A stretch of DNA of 64,000 bases, from NCBI GenBank assembly GCA_052437175.1, contig JBQVOK010000001.1:628226-692225 (forward strand). Direction: 5' to 3'. Origin of the DNA: Flavobacteriales bacterium (lineage in GTDB: Bacteria; Bacteroidota; Bacteroidia; CAIKAF01). Every line of letters begins with the position of its first letter. Position 1 is the stretch's first letter. The translations under genes and the position numbers were made by a program. Positions 45,438 through 55,310 of this stretch are shown here, one piece after another. Under the pieces are notes generated by a model. It was given only the letters and a program-made list of their open reading frames with translations. It was not told where the DNA came from and ran no database searches.

Positions 45438-46049
45438 ATGTATCCGGAATTATCCAAAACCATTGCCGTTCTTGAAGAACGGAATATGAGCGAAGAGCGC
45501 AGGACCGTGCTGCGGGAGCTCAGCGCTTTTATACAACAGAAGGCCGACCGCGGGCAGGAGATATCGCTTTGCTTTATCTGCACGCATAATTCGCGGCGGA
45601 GTCAGCTGGCACAGGTCTGGGCCCAGGCTGCTGCGGCTTATTTCCGGGTGCAGGGAGTAGCTTGCTATTCCGGGGGGACCGAAGTTACGGCGCTTTACCC
45701 TGTAGTGGCAGAAACGCTGAGAAGTCAGGGTTTTCGTGTATTTCCGCTTGCCGGGGTCGAAAATCCCCTGTATGCCATTAAATACGGCGAAAATGCACCC
45801 GCAGTGATCGGTTTTTCCAAGAAATACGACGATCCTTTTAACCCCGCTTCGGCATTTGCCGCCGTAATGACCTGCTCGCAGGCCGATGCCGGCTGTCCTT
45901 TTGTTGCGGGAGCAGAAAAGCGGATCGTACTGCCGTTCGAAGACCCCGGCATCTCGGACCATACGCCGGAGCAGGCCCGCGTGTATGCAGAAAGAAGCCT
46001 GCAGATCGCATCCGAAATGTTCTATGTATTTTCTCTGATAAAACCCTGA
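45438..46049 (+). CDS. arsC: Arsenate reductase, low-molecular-weight phosphatase family
   Basis: 203 aa. The CX5R P-loop is FICTHNSRRSQLAQ. Downstream Cys residues occur in MTCSQADAGCP. Confidence 0.85.
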   Translation: MYPELSKTIAVLEERNMSEERRTVLRELSAFIQQKADRGQEISLCFICTHNSRRSQLAQVWAQAAAAYFRVQGVACYSGGTEVTALYPVVAETLRSQGFRVFPLAGVENPLYAIKYGENAPAVIGFSKKYDDPFNPASAFAAVMTCSQADAGCPFVAGAEKRIVLPFEDPGISDHTPEQARVYAERSLQIASEMFYVFSLIKP

Positions 46050-46052
46050 GCT

Positions 46053-47117
46053 ATGCAGGCAAAATTGAGCTTCCTCGACCGTTACCTTACCCTGTGGATA
46101 TTCCTGGCCATGGCGGCCGGTGTGGCCATTGGTCATTTTTTCCCGGACCTGTCCGGCAAGGCAGACACTCTGTCTTCCGGTACCACTAATATTCCCCTGG
46201 CCGTTGGGCTCATCCTGATGATGTATCCGCCCTTTGCCCGGGTACGCTACGAACGTATGGGCGAGGTTTTCCGCAATACGCGTATACTGGGAATGTCCCT
46301 GCTGTTGAACTGGGTGATCGGTCCGGTTCTCATGTTCGGACTGGCCCTGCTGTTCCTGAACGGGTACCCGGAGTATATGAGCGGCCTGATCCTGATCGGT
46401 CTGGCAAGATGCATCGCCATGGTGATCGTATGGAACGAACTTGCCGGAGGCAACCGGGAATATGCCGCCGGCCTGGTGGCTTTCAACAGTATTTTCCAGG
46501 TATTGCTGTACAGCGTATATGCCTATTTTTTTATTACCGTGCTGCCTCCGCTCCTGGGGTTCAGCGGCCTGGAAGTACACATTGGCATCGGGCAGATCGC
46601 CGAAAGCGTAGCCATATATCTCGGCATTCCTTTCCTGGCAGGACTGATAAGCAGGTATGCCCTGGTACGTCTGAAAGGGGAGGACTGGTACCGCGATCGT
46701 TTTATCCCGTTTATAGCCCCACTTACCCTTGTAGCCCTGCTTTTTACCATTGTGGTCATGTTCAGCCTCAAAGGCGATCTTATTGTTCAGCTGCCCCTGG
46801 ATGTGCTGCGGATAGCTCTGCCGCTCGTTATCTACTTTGCGCTTATGTTTCTGCTGAGCTTCTTTATGTCCAGGGCCATGGGAGCCGGCTACCCGGAAAA
46901 CGCAGCCATTTCCTTTACGGCCGCCGGGAATAATTTCGAGCTTGCCATTGCCGTAGCCATTGGCGTATTCGGTATACATTCCGGGCAGGCTTTTACCGGG
47001 GTTATCGGGCCCCTGGTAGAGGTACCTGCACTCATCGTACTTGTAAACGTAGCCCGCTGGCTGCGCAGGAAGTATTACGGCAGTAAGGCTGCCGGCAAAA
47101 GTGCACTCCCGGACTAA
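46053..47117 (+). CDS. acr3: ACR3 family arsenite efflux transporter
   Basis: 354 aa and about 10 TM segments. ACR3 hallmarks: [12 protein letters not shown] and [15 protein letters not shown]. Confidence 0.92.
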   Translation: MQAKLSFLDRYLTLWIFLAMAAGVAIGHFFPDLSGKADTLSSGTTNIPLAVGLILMMYPPFARVRYERMGEVFRNTRILGMSLLLNWVIGPVLMFGLALLFLNGYPEYMSGLILIGLARCIAMVIVWNELAGGNREYAAGLVAFNSIFQVLLYSVYAYFFITVLPPLLGFSGLEVHIGIGQIAESVAIYLGIPFLAGLISRYALVRLKGEDWYRDRFIPFIAPLTLVALLFTIVVMFSLKGDLIVQLPLDVLRIALPLVIYFALMFLLSFFMSRAMGAGYPENAAISFTAAGNNFELAIAVAIGVFGIHSGQAFTGVIGPLVEVPALIVLVNVARWLRRKYYGSKAAGKSALPD

Positions 47118-47614
47118 GGGCGCAGGCGAAATACCCGCAGGCATAAAGGCAGCAGGCCTATGGAAACGGCCATGAAAACAGCTACCCGTATGTAATTGAG
47201 CGTTTGCCACAGCGCGGTTTTAGCAGCCAGCCCCGGGCTGAAGACCTGCGTTCCGGCAATTTTCTGAAAGTGGATAATGTTCGGCGCAAAATAGGTCAGT
47301 GTCCATACCCGCAGGGCCAGGTGTACGGCAAAGGAGATCAGCAGCCAGTTGCGGGCAAAACCGATCTTCCAGCAAAAAACGATGGCCAGTATAAAACTAA
47401 GCTCATGCAGCGCATGCAAAATGATCCAGAAGCTTTTGAGGCCGGCGCCGGGCCCGTTCAGCAGAGAAAACCCGGATGGTGGCGAAGCGGCCCATTTGGG
47501 CACAAATACCAGGGTTTCGAAGATCTGCGCCCCGTTCATAAGAAAATAGAGCAGGGTACTGAAAAAGAGCCAGAATTCAGCTCTGCTGAGATAGGTACTT
47601 GTCAGCATATCCAT
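47114..47614 (-). CDS. 4-TM membrane protein of unknown function
   Basis: 166 aa with four hydrophobic helices. Its stop overlaps the acr3 stop by 4 nt (convergent), and it is divergent from the MarR gene. Confidence 0.55.
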   Translation of the reverse strand: MDMLTSTYLSRAEFWLFFSTLLYFLMNGAQIFETLVFVPKWAASPPSGFSLLNGPGAGLKSFWIILHALHELSFILAIVFCWKIGFARNWLLISFAVHLALRVWTLTYFAPNIIHFQKIAGTQVFSPGLAAKTALWQTLNYIRVAVFMAVSIGLLPLCLRVFRLRP

Positions 47615-47753
47615 TTAAGCATTTTATTATAACGTTTTCGTTGTATTTATTTTTTTAAAACAACTAATCCGATGTAAATGTATGCCTAAAATGCATCTGT
47701 GCAAATTATTTCCTTCATTTTTTTCTATATTTACATCGAATCCGATATAATGT

Positions 47754-48458
47754 ATGACGGAACTGGTAAAACTGATCACGGCCTGGGAAGACTATGTACA
47801 AAAGAACCGCAACGCTTCGGCCACGGAATTCTGCATGTACTTTTTAGCGAAAGAAAGCAATGCGGAATTGTTCGGCGGACTTACCCCGCCTGACCTGGAT
47901 ACGGTATTTGCCAAGCTGATCGGGCGGCTGGCCGGCATGCATACGGCCTATTCCAAAATGGCCCTGCAGGAGATGCCGGGTTTTGAGCTGGAATGGTTCT
48001 ATTTCCTGAATGCCGTTTACCAGCTAAAAGAGGTTAAGAAAACCCGGGTGATCCAGTACAATTTTACAGAGCAGACCACAGGCATCGATATCCTGAACAA
48101 GCTGACCCGGCTCGGCTACATAAGCGAACGTACCGATCCGGACGACCGCCGGGCAAAACTGGTGCGCATTACCTCCGAAGGCGAAAAGGCCCTGGCCGCC
48201 CTGTACCGGCTCCTGTACAAACCCACACTGCTTATGTACAGCGGTATCGATCATAAGGATAAGCAGGTGGTCATTAATATACTAAAAGATACCGAGTACA
48301 GACACCAGGAGATATTGTCCCATTCCCGGAACCTGTCTGTAGACGAACTGTTAACGGAGCAGCTGGGAGAAGAATACCTGCGCCAAACGGAAAAGGAACA
48401 GAAAAAGCGGATCAGGGCATTCTCCGATGCAAAACGCAAACGCGGGAAGGGCAAATAG
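47754..48458 (+). CDS. MarR-family winged-helix regulator with charged C-terminal tail
   Basis: 234 aa. MarR wing: ILNKLTRLGYISERTDPDDRRAKLVRITSEGEKAL. The tail is Lys/Glu/Arg-rich. Confidence 0.8.
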   Translation: MTELVKLITAWEDYVQKNRNASATEFCMYFLAKESNAELFGGLTPPDLDTVFAKLIGRLAGMHTAYSKMALQEMPGFELEWFYFLNAVYQLKEVKKTRVIQYNFTEQTTGIDILNKLTRLGYISERTDPDDRRAKLVRITSEGEKALAALYRLLYKPTLLMYSGIDHKDKQVVINILKDTEYRHQEILSHSRNLSVDELLTEQLGEEYLRQTEKEQKKRIRAFSDAKRKRGKGK

Positions 48459-48526
48459 GCGCAATGCACCCTGTATATTGACGCAAATACCCCCGTTTGA
48501 ACGCGCTGAACGTACTAACTTTGTTC

Positions 48527-49054
48527 ATGAACCTGAAAACAGAGAACATGAACGATTTTCCCCACAGTATCGCCGGCCTGGAACTGGCCCAGATCGGCTG
48601 GGTGGTACCCGATATACACAAGACTGTACAATTTCTTTCGGGTACACTGGGCATCCGTTTCCCTACGCCGGAACGGATGCGGGCGCAGGATTTACAGATG
48701 AGTTATTACGGTGAAGTGGTACCGGCAGAATGGCTCACAACACAGACGTACAATGGCGGAACTTTTATTGAGCTGGTGCAGCCGCTTTCGGGGCAGAGCA
48801 TGTTCCACGATTACCTAGAACGCTGTCCTGCAGGCGGAACCCAGCACCTGGCCTTTCGTTTACCGGTAGCCGGTTTTGAGCGCGTCACGGCAGAACTGCG
48901 GGCGCAGGGTTTTGCGGTCATCAGCGAAGTGGACCACCCCATCGCGCGCATGGCTTTTTTCGATACCTACGAGACCATGGGCGTAGCCACCGAAATTATG
49001 GGCATTACCCCGGAAGGCTGGAAGGCCATTGAGCAGATGGAAAAGAAAGGATGA
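48527..49054 (+). CDS. VOC (glyoxalase/dioxygenase-fold) family protein
   Basis: The ORF opens with TTG at 48497, with ATG options at 48527 and 48548. VOC-like regions: LAQIGWVVPDIHKTVQF and GGTQHLAFRLP. Confidence 0.75.
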   Translation: MNLKTENMNDFPHSIAGLELAQIGWVVPDIHKTVQFLSGTLGIRFPTPERMRAQDLQMSYYGEVVPAEWLTTQTYNGGTFIELVQPLSGQSMFHDYLERCPAGGTQHLAFRLPVAGFERVTAELRAQGFAVISEVDHPIARMAFFDTYETMGVATEIMGITPEGWKAIEQMEKKG

Positions 49055-49126
49055 AAAAATGATTTGAGCACCAAGCCTGGTGTAACCCTTTAACTGTCCT
49101 TTTTGGGTAACTGCTGTCACCAACGT

Positions 49127-50284
49127 TCATTTTTTCATCGTGTTGAGTTCCTGTCTTAATTCGTCTTTCTCTGTATCCGAATAGATGTTTGATTTCGCTA
49201 AAGATGCTTCAAAGCGGTTTATGGTTTGTGCATAATTCTCCTTAAGTTGTATCTGGGCCTCAATGATGTATACATACGCTTCGGAAAAATTAGGGTAAGA
49301 TCTTAGTAATAACTCCCAGGCTTCTATCGCCTTTTTAAATTGTCCTTCGTTGTAAAAATACCACCCTTTGCCGTTTAAGGTACCAATAGAAAACTCTAAT
49401 CGGCTACCGTAGTGCGACTGTATATCCTTTTCCAACGAATCTATTATGCTGAGCTCTTTTTGTTCATTAGCTAAGTACCGGGCCTGATTTTTTGACCATT
49501 CTTCGAATATTTCGTACAGAGCAACCCCGATGGTCAGACCAGGGGTTACGTTGTGGGCTGCTTCTTTAAAGAGAAACCCTTTAGCGTTGAATGTAGACGT
49601 ATGCAGTTGTCTGATCGCCGGATCCATTTTAGAAAAGTCAGACAGGTAATCATTTCCAATGCCAAAACGATAATATTTACAGGAAGTAAATTCCTGTTTG
49701 TCTATATTTTTTATAGAGTCGGTTAAGTCCACATTGGGTTGAGTGAAAAACGGGCTTAAGGAAATAACGCCGTTCAATTCATTCATTCTTGAAATTAGAA
49801 GAGATGTGGTAAAATAACCATACCTGGAATGACCAATGAAAAGCCTGAATGGAGAAGCCTTATACTGCTCTTCGGCAAGAGGGATCAGCTCCTCGAAGAG
49901 GAATTTTTCATTTTCCTCTGCAAGTCCCTTCGCATCTGAAGCTTTATGCAGTGTTTCCAGGCCACGGTACTTTTGTTCTGATTCAACGCTTATAATTACC
50001 GCGGAGGGCATTTGTTCATTGCTCGTAAGGTAGTCGATGGTATGTAAGATGAAATTATGACTTCTTTGATTCTGTCTGTCAAAAACAAGTATCAAAGGGA
50101 AATCCCGATCCAGGTCCTTTTGCCATTCCAGGGGAACGGTAACCGAGATATTTTTAGTAAAACCGAGATATTTTGAGGATATGCTTGTATCTGGCAACGC
50201 CTTATACCGCTCATAGTTCTGTCCGGACAGACCGGAGGATAGCAGACCCATACTAAGTATCAATATGACCGACTTTTTCATCAT
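49127..50284 (-). CDS. Secreted esterase-family alpha/beta hydrolase with C-terminal TPR-like region
   Basis: 385 aa with signal peptide MMKKSVILILSMGLLSSGLSGQ. The nucleophile elbow is FIGHSRYGYF. The C-terminus is TPR-like (GQFKKAIEAWELLLRSYPNFSEAYVYIIEAQ). GC is clearly lower than in the neighbours. Confidence 0.75.
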   Translation of the reverse strand: MMKKSVILILSMGLLSSGLSGQNYERYKALPDTSISSKYLGFTKNISVTVPLEWQKDLDRDFPLILVFDRQNQRSHNFILHTIDYLTSNEQMPSAVIISVESEQKYRGLETLHKASDAKGLAEENEKFLFEELIPLAEEQYKASPFRLFIGHSRYGYFTTSLLISRMNELNGVISLSPFFTQPNVDLTDSIKNIDKQEFTSCKYYRFGIGNDYLSDFSKMDPAIRQLHTSTFNAKGFLFKEAAHNVTPGLTIGVALYEIFEEWSKNQARYLANEQKELSIIDSLEKDIQSHYGSRLEFSIGTLNGKGWYFYNEGQFKKAIEAWELLLRSYPNFSEAYVYIIEAQIQLKENYAQTINRFEASLAKSNIYSDTEKDELRQELNTMKK

Positions 50285-50398
50285 TCGTTTCGTTTAACCA
50301 TTTGCCAGCGTTTCGCGGCCAGGCTTCCGGCGGGCAAAGAGACAAAAGAACAGTTTTCTTTTTTAAGTGGTAATTATTTATTTGATTCGTTTAAAACG

Positions 50399-50428
50399 AA
50401 AAAAGCAGCTTCCCTTCCGGAAAACTGC
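50399..50428 (-). terminator. Rho-independent terminator downstream of tRNA-Leu
   Basis: The minus strand reads GCAGTTTTCC-GGAA-GGGAAGCTGC, a 10-bp stem with two G-U pairs and a GNRA loop, followed by TTTTTT. Confidence 0.55.
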
Positions 50429-50438
50429 CTTAACTCTG

Positions 50439-50520
50439 TGACCGAGGCGGGACTTGAACCCGCACAGCTTGCGCCATACGCCCCTCAAACGTACGTGTAT
50501 ACCAATTTCACCACTCGGCC
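50439..50520 (-). tRNA. tRNA-Leu (anticodon GAG)
   Basis: I hand-folded the 82-nt sequence. Acceptor stem: GGCCGAG/CTCGGTC. D stem: 3 bp. Anticodon stem: TACGT/GCGTA with loop TTGAGGG. It has a long variable arm and a T arm GCGGG-TTCAAGT-CCCGC, with discriminator A. CCA is not encoded. It lies 7 nt downstream of the adk stop. Confidence 0.9.
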
Positions 50521-50527
50521 TTTTGCA

Positions 50528-51100
50528 TTACTCGCCTGCAACGGCGGTGCAAATATCGGAAAAAATTTGTTCAATTGTACCAATTCCGTTCACAACTTTT
50601 ACAATTCCCCGCTGTGTGTAGTAATCTTTTAACGGAAATGTCTCATTCTTATATACCTGGATGCGGTTTTTAATGATGTTCTCATCGGCATCGTCCGTGC
50701 GGCCGGAGGTGAGCGCGCGGTTTTTCAGGCGGGCGATCAGTTCTTCTTCGGTAACTTCGAGGCTTACCACCACGTCTACCGCACTGCTGTAATCCTTCAG
50801 CAGCAGGTCCAGGGCTTCGGCCTGGGGAATGGTACGCGGAAACCCGTCGAAAATAAAGCCTTTGGCCGTTTTATTCTTTTCCACTTCGCCGCGCAGCATG
50901 TTAATGGTTACTTCGTCAGGCACCAGCTGCCCCTTGTCGATGTAACTTTTGGCCAGTACGCCCAATTCGGTCTCGCCTTTGATGTTGGCGCGGAATATAT
51001 CGCCTGTGGACAGGTGAACGAGTTCGAATTTCTCAGCCACTTTTACGGCCTGAGTGCCTTTGCCTGCGCCCGGAGGGCCGAATAGAATCACATTTAGCAT
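50528..51100 (-). CDS. adk: Adenylate kinase
   Basis: 190 aa. P-loop: ILFGPPGAGKGTQA. Also LSTGDIFR. The lid is short, without a Zn-finger. Confidence 0.97.
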   Translation of the reverse strand: MLNVILFGPPGAGKGTQAVKVAEKFELVHLSTGDIFRANIKGETELGVLAKSYIDKGQLVPDEVTINMLRGEVEKNKTAKGFIFDGFPRTIPQAEALDLLLKDYSSAVDVVVSLEVTEEELIARLKNRALTSGRTDDADENIIKNRIQVYKNETFPLKDYYTQRGIVKVVNGIGTIEQIFSDICTAVAGE

Positions 51101-51105
51101 GGTGT

Positions 51106-51642
51106 TCAGGAGTCTTTTAATTTATAGATGTCTTTAAGGTTTCTGCCCAATTCCTTGTAGTCGAGGCCATAGCCCACCACAAAGTCGTTTGGAATGCTGA
51201 AGCCGGGGTAATCTACGGGCAAAGAGCCCTTATATGCGTTGGGTTTGAACAGAAGTGCAGCTATTTTAACGCTTGCTGCCTGCTTTTTCATGAGGTATTC
51301 GTGCAGAAAACCTGCCGTGAGGCCGGTATCGATAATATCTTCCGAGATCAGTACGTGTTTGCCTGCCAGATCGGCCTTCAGCTCGGCGTCCAGGGTAATG
51401 GAGCCGGTAGACTGTGTGCTGCCGTGATAGGAGCTTACCTTTATAAAATGCAGGTAACACGGCATCTGCAGATGACGTACCAGGTCGGAAGTGAACATAA
51501 AGGAACCTGTAAGCGCAGACACGATATGCAGTTCGGTATTCCCGTAGTCGGCATTGATACGTGCAGCCAGTCCGCTTACCTTTTCCCGGATGTCTGTATC
51601 AAGTATATACGGTTCAAATGTCAGATCGTGTAACTGTACCAA
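51106..51642 (-). CDS. hpt: Hypoxanthine phosphoribosyltransferase
   Basis: 178 aa. The PRPP-binding motif is VLISEDIIDTGLT, and the C-terminus is FVVGYGLDY. Confidence 0.95.
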   Translation of the reverse strand: MVQLHDLTFEPYILDTDIREKVSGLAARINADYGNTELHIVSALTGSFMFTSDLVRHLQMPCYLHFIKVSSYHGSTQSTGSITLDAELKADLAGKHVLISEDIIDTGLTAGFLHEYLMKKQAASVKIAALLFKPNAYKGSLPVDYPGFSIPNDFVVGYGLDYKELGRNLKDIYKLKDS

Positions 51643-51773
51643 AAGCGCTTAGTTTTGGCGCAAATATAACCATTTCGTAAAATTTTGGAAACGGAACAAA
51701 AAAATGTGTGTGGTTTTTGTAAAAAGAAAAATCAGAGTAGTTTTACCCCCTGAACTAAATTTTGTTTGTACTT

Positions 51774-53516
51774 ATGGAAGAAGTAAAAAGTAAAGGACAC
51801 CCCAAAGGACTCTGGTTTCTGTTCGGGACCGAGATGTGGGAACGTTTCGGATACTACCTTATGCTGGGTATCTTTTCTCTTTATATGCTCGACGGCTGGA
51901 ACAACGGCGGTATGGGCTTCGACGCTACGAAAAAATCGGATATTTACGGTACATACCTCGGGCTGGTATACCTTACGCCGTTCATCGGCGGACTGCTGGC
52001 CGACCGCGTACTGGGCTACCGCCGCTCCATTGTCATTGGCGGACTTATGATGTCGGCCGGGTATTTCCTGCTATCCATACACAGCACCACTACCTTTTAC
52101 CTGGCCCTGCTGTTCATTATCCTGGGGAACGGTTTCTTTAAACCGAATATCTCTACCCTGGTAGGTAACCTGTACAGCAACGATGAGCTGAAAGACAAGA
52201 AAGACGCCGGTTACAACATCTTTTACATGGGTATCAATATCGGTGCCTTCATCTGTAACTTTGTGGCCGCCTACATGCGCATCAACTACGGCTGGGGCTA
52301 TGCGTTTGCCGCTGCCGGTGTGGGTATGCTCATCGGTGTGGTGATCTTCCTGGTGGGTACCAAACACATTAAACACGTAGACCAGATCAAGCCCCTGCAG
52401 CCGGGCGATATGTCCACCGTGAAAATTCTCGGTTTCACCGTTTTCCCCATGCTTATTTTCGGTACCATCGGGTACTTCATCAACGGTATCACCAGCGAAA
52501 CCAACCCGCACGGGAATATCCTGGGTACCGATACCAATGATGCCTTTATCTTCGGCTGTCTGCCCGTTGCCGGTTTCTTTGTATACCTGTGGCTGAAATC
52601 GAAAGACCTGGAAAAAAGATCGATCGGGGCCCTGCTGGCCGTATTTACCTGTGTGATCCTGTTCTTTGCCATCTTCCACCAGAACGGCGATGCTCTTACC
52701 GTATGGGCCGAAGATTATACCGACCGCGAAATGCCGGCAGCGGTAGATAAAGCATTCTCGGCCGTAGACATGGTGCAGATCGTGGAAAACAACCCGATCG
52801 TACAACAGAACGACGAGGAATTTGCCAAGACCATCGGTGCCCTGCGTGCCGAAGAAGAGGCCATCGTGGCGGATACGCCCGAACACATCGAAGCTAAAAA
52901 AGCACTGTCGAAGAAAATAGCCCTGCTTACTTCTTCCCGCAAATATTTCAGCAACCTGGACAAATCGAAGATCCCTGCCGAAGGGGAGAACCTGAAGCTG
53001 TTCTCCACAGAGCTGTACCAGTCCATCAATCCCTTCTGGGTGGTGTTCCTGACGCCGGTACTGGTTGGTGTATGGGGCTTTTTCAGAAGAAGAAAAATGG
53101 AACCGAGTACACCTACGAAAATTGCCCTGGGTCTGCTCATAACGGCTCTTTCGGCCCTGGTGATGGTAGGCGCGGTGTATGCAACCAATGACCTCAGCAA
53201 CAAAGCCGGCAGCTGGTGGCTGATCGCTTCCTACGGGGTAATTACCCTGGGTGAGCTCTGCCTGTCGCCGATGGGTCTGTCGCTGGTTTCCAAGCTGAGT
53301 CCGCCGCGCATCACGGCCCTGCTCATGGGTGGTTTCTTCCTGGCCATTTCCGTAGGTAATAAACTGGCCGGTATGCTGGGCGGTCTCTGGGAAGACATCG
53401 AGCAGAAACAGAACTATTTCTACCTGAACTTCGGTCTGGTACTGGCTGCGGCCATCATGCTGTTTATCATGCTGCCATGGCTCAACCGTGTAATGAAAGA
53501 GAAAAACGTACGTTAA
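51774..53516 (+). CDS. POT/PTR2 family proton-dependent oligopeptide transporter
   Basis: The ORF opens with TTG at 51762, and ATG 51774 gives MEEVKSKGHPKGLWFLFGTEMWERFGYY. It contains the ExxER(F/Y) and GGLLADR motifs. Confidence 0.9.
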   Translation: MEEVKSKGHPKGLWFLFGTEMWERFGYYLMLGIFSLYMLDGWNNGGMGFDATKKSDIYGTYLGLVYLTPFIGGLLADRVLGYRRSIVIGGLMMSAGYFLLSIHSTTTFYLALLFIILGNGFFKPNISTLVGNLYSNDELKDKKDAGYNIFYMGINIGAFICNFVAAYMRINYGWGYAFAAAGVGMLIGVVIFLVGTKHIKHVDQIKPLQPGDMSTVKILGFTVFPMLIFGTIGYFINGITSETNPHGNILGTDTNDAFIFGCLPVAGFFVYLWLKSKDLEKRSIGALLAVFTCVILFFAIFHQNGDALTVWAEDYTDREMPAAVDKAFSAVDMVQIVENNPIVQQNDEEFAKTIGALRAEEEAIVADTPEHIEAKKALSKKIALLTSSRKYFSNLDKSKIPAEGENLKLFSTELYQSINPFWVVFLTPVLVGVWGFFRRRKMEPSTPTKIALGLLITALSALVMVGAVYATNDLSNKAGSWWLIASYGVITLGELCLSPMGLSLVSKLSPPRITALLMGGFFLAISVGNKLAGMLGGLWEDIEQKQNYFYLNFGLVLAAAIMLFIMLPWLNRVMKEKNVR

Positions 53517-53528
53517 CACCGATTACGG

Positions 53529-55229
53529 ATGCAGAACGAGATCACCTTAGAACAGATACAGGACTTTAAGGGAAAATACCCCAAACAGCTGTGGTACCTT
53601 TTCCTGGTAGAAATGTGGGAGCGTTTTACCTTTTATGGTATGCGCGCCCTGCTGGCCCTGTATATTTCGCACCTTATAATCACCGCAGATTACAAGCCGG
53701 TGGCTTCTGCCGAACTGGAAAAAGTAAAGACAGAGTTCCTGAAGAAACAGAAAGAGGAGCTGACCGAAGATCACCCGCTGTATTATATTGAAACGTCCGA
53801 AATAAAAGCTAAAAGTGCTGCGGAAGGCACATCGAATAAGCAATATGGTCTTATTCAAGCCTTTATATACGCTATGGCTTTTGTAGGCGGTATGTTCGCC
53901 GACCGTATCTTCGGTTTCCGCCGTTCGGTATTCTGGGGCGGTGTGCTCATGGCTATCGGTACCTTTATCATGGCCGTGCCGGGCGCATTTTCCTTTTACC
54001 TGGGCGTGAGTATACTCATTGTCGGGAACGGTTTCTTTAAGCCGAATATCTCTACCATGGTGGGCGGACTGTATAAAAAGGACGATCCGCGGCGCAATGC
54101 AGGCTTTTCGCTGTTCTATTCCGGTATCAATATCGGGGCAGTACTCAGCGGACTTACCATTGCCTATATTGGTACATCGGTAAGCTGGTCGCTGGGCTTT
54201 GCCCTTTCCGGGGTGTGTATGCTCTTTGGACTGGGACTCTTTATCTTTACCCAGAAAAAACTGGGGCCCATCGGTCTGCCGCCGCTTAAACTGCAGCGTG
54301 ACGGAAGCATGAGACCGAGTAAGCGCCAGTGGCTGGTATACCTGGTGTCCATGCTGCTGATCCCTTTCTTTTTCGTAATGGTGTATTTCCCGTTCGATAT
54401 CGATTTTACTTCGGTTTTCGGACCTGTTCTTAAGGACGACGGCTCACAGGCGCCTTACCTGGTCCAGTTCAGCGATGTATTTATGCTTACGATCGCCGCA
54501 CTGATCCTGGTGTACCTGGTAGTGACGCTTTTCTCCGTAACGAAGGAAGAATTCGGTAAAATGGCTGTAGCCATTATCCTGATCCTGTTTTCCGTGCTGT
54601 TCTGGTCATTTTTTGAGCAGGGCGGAGGTTCCCTGAACTATTTTGCACTGGGTAACGTAAACAGTCACGGGCTCAATATGACACAGGTGAACAACTCCAT
54701 CAACGGCCTGTGGGTGGTACTGCTGGCACCTTTCATCGGTATGCTCTGGATAGCGCTCAACAAACGGAAATCAGAACCCAATACCGTGGTTAAGTTCGGC
54801 TTTGGTTTTGTATTCCTGGGCCTGGGCTTCCTGGTATTTTACCTGAGCCGCTTCCTGGCAACGGACAGCGGGCTTACCCCGCTGTGGACCTTCCTGGGTG
54901 CCTACCTGGTGATCACCATCGGGGAACTGTGTCTTTCGCCCATCGGGCTTTCGATGGTCACCACGCTTACGCCTTCGCGCCTGCACGGGGTAATGATGGG
55001 TACCTGGTTCCTGGCCAGCGCCTACGGACAATACGGTGCCGGACTTATCGGCTCGGCCCTGTCTAAGGTAGATGAATCCATTAAGGACCCCACCAATATG
55101 GATAAACTGATGCAGTACACCGACGGTTACCGCAGCATTGCCTATATTTCTGTGGCGGCGGGTATCCTGCTGGTGATCATTTCGCCGCTGCTGATGCGCC
55201 TGATGCGCGATGTGAAAAACAAAATTTAA
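53529..55229 (+). CDS. POT/PTR2 family proton-dependent oligopeptide transporter (tandem paralogue)
   Basis: 566 aa. POT motifs: LFLVEMWERFTFYGMRALL and GGMFADRIFG. Confidence 0.9.
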   Translation: MQNEITLEQIQDFKGKYPKQLWYLFLVEMWERFTFYGMRALLALYISHLIITADYKPVASAELEKVKTEFLKKQKEELTEDHPLYYIETSEIKAKSAAEGTSNKQYGLIQAFIYAMAFVGGMFADRIFGFRRSVFWGGVLMAIGTFIMAVPGAFSFYLGVSILIVGNGFFKPNISTMVGGLYKKDDPRRNAGFSLFYSGINIGAVLSGLTIAYIGTSVSWSLGFALSGVCMLFGLGLFIFTQKKLGPIGLPPLKLQRDGSMRPSKRQWLVYLVSMLLIPFFFVMVYFPFDIDFTSVFGPVLKDDGSQAPYLVQFSDVFMLTIAALILVYLVVTLFSVTKEEFGKMAVAIILILFSVLFWSFFEQGGGSLNYFALGNVNSHGLNMTQVNNSINGLWVVLLAPFIGMLWIALNKRKSEPNTVVKFGFGFVFLGLGFLVFYLSRFLATDSGLTPLWTFLGAYLVITIGELCLSPIGLSMVTTLTPSRLHGVMMGTWFLASAYGQYGAGLIGSALSKVDESIKDPTNMDKLMQYTDGYRSIAYISVAAGILLVIISPLLMRLMRDVKNKI

Positions 55230-55248
55230 GATCATTTCAGCATAAAAG

Positions 55249-55283
55249 GCCGTCTCGCTTACCGCGGGGCGGCTTTTCTTTTT
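55249..55283 (+). terminator. Rho-independent terminator after the second POT gene
   Basis: Stem GCCGTCTCGC / GCGGGGCGGC (10 bp, two G-U pairs) with loop TTACC, followed by TTTTCTTTTT. Confidence 0.6.
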
Positions 55284-55310
55284 ATCGGCATTTACCGCTA
55301 TTTTCGCACT

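Noticed and set aside
45450-47210. 586-aa minus-strand ORF spanning two genes.
   Set aside because: It runs antisense across arsC and acr3, both of which have diagnostic motifs. The product is Gly/Arg/His/Gln-rich with no membrane or enzymatic features.
49108-50443. Possible att-like direct repeats (TAACTGCTGTCACC / TAACTCTGTGACC) flanking the low-GC esterase gene.
   Set aside because: They are only about 13 nt, imperfect and gapped. Only 5 nt overlap the tRNA, and no integrase is present. This could easily be chance, so I keep it only as a caveat in the low-GC finding.
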